The notes under the pieces are model-generated. The model made no database searches and had not been told where the DNA came from. It saw nothing but the letters and a program-made list of their open reading frames with translations. From contig CATNEN010000038.1 of assembly GCA_950097015.1 (NCBI GenBank), positions 2,604,001 through 2,668,000 on the forward strand: a stretch of DNA of 64,000 bases. Direction: 5' to 3'. This DNA is from Macrostomum hystrix. Taxonomy: Eukaryota; Animalia; Platyhelminthes. Below, in pieces: positions 63,489 to 64,000 of the stretch (within the stretch, counting starts at the first letter, position 1; each line of letters opens with the position of its first letter). The translations under genes and the position numbers were made by a program.

Positions 63489-64000
63489 ATTGTCAAGTAT
63501 TGGCAGCTGTGTGGGCAAGCTCTATAGCTTGTCACAATGAACTGGCAAGAAATTCTACTCTGGAGGTCGAAAACTGCAAGCAACTTTTATGCGCGATCCG
63601 CAAGCGAAGAGGATGACAGCAAGAGAGTGCACCAAAAACTAACTAATCTCATTGGCCAGCCAGTTTCCGACATGCTTTCTGCAGCACATCTGGCATGCCG
63701 TCCAGAGTTTAGGCAAAAATGATGTATGGAATGAGGTCGCACACGATTTGTCGCATGATAAACTTGCACAACTAAACTGGCCTGCTTAGAATATGACATT
63801 CTGAATTAGTTTCATCATATTTACAAAATCCTCCGCACCTTCTACATCCCCCTACAAAGCTAGCGAGCCTTACAATCAGATGAACTTTTTAGAATAATTC
63901 GACTTACTGTCGTTTTTACAAATTTCGCAAGCAAAAGTTCATTTGTCGACAGTCGATACTTGCAGCCAGCGGTTCTGCCTATTCTGCTGACCCCTGAACA

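Overview
Eukaryotic (animal) genomic DNA: GC-rich exons with GT-AG introns, and AT-rich introns crowded with minisatellites, SINEs and DNA-transposon relics. The style suggests a free-living flatworm such as Macrostomum (inference only, not verified). Genes: (1) 3' part of a highly divergent dynein heavy chain (+, ~35 exons, 1514-26586; 5' end not identified); (2) secreted PAN/apple-like + ALK/LTK-type glycine-rich-domain protein (+, 29070-32928); (3) MINPP1-like histidine acid phosphatase ending in HDEL (+, 43327-47652); (4) SIRT7-like sirtuin (+, 49158-50933); (5) uncharacterised protein with a probable C-terminal beta-propeller (+, 53225-57095); (6) DEG/ENaC channel (-, 59795-63454). Mobile DNA: a deleted mariner, a Merlin transposase relic, a self-nested MITE pair, a 3.4-kb long-TIR element containing a 300-bp solo LTR, and two tRNA-derived SINE families. 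Top observations: two related type I hammerhead-ribozyme motifs with covarying stems, one inside a 243-bp TG...CA element with a 5-bp target-site duplication (candidate animal LTR-type retrozyme); a SIRT7 first exon with no in-frame ATG (candidate spliced-leader-supplied AUG/operon); and a dynein with paired stalk insertions and altered nucleotide-site residues. Exon boundaries were read by eye and need RNA-seq confirmation.
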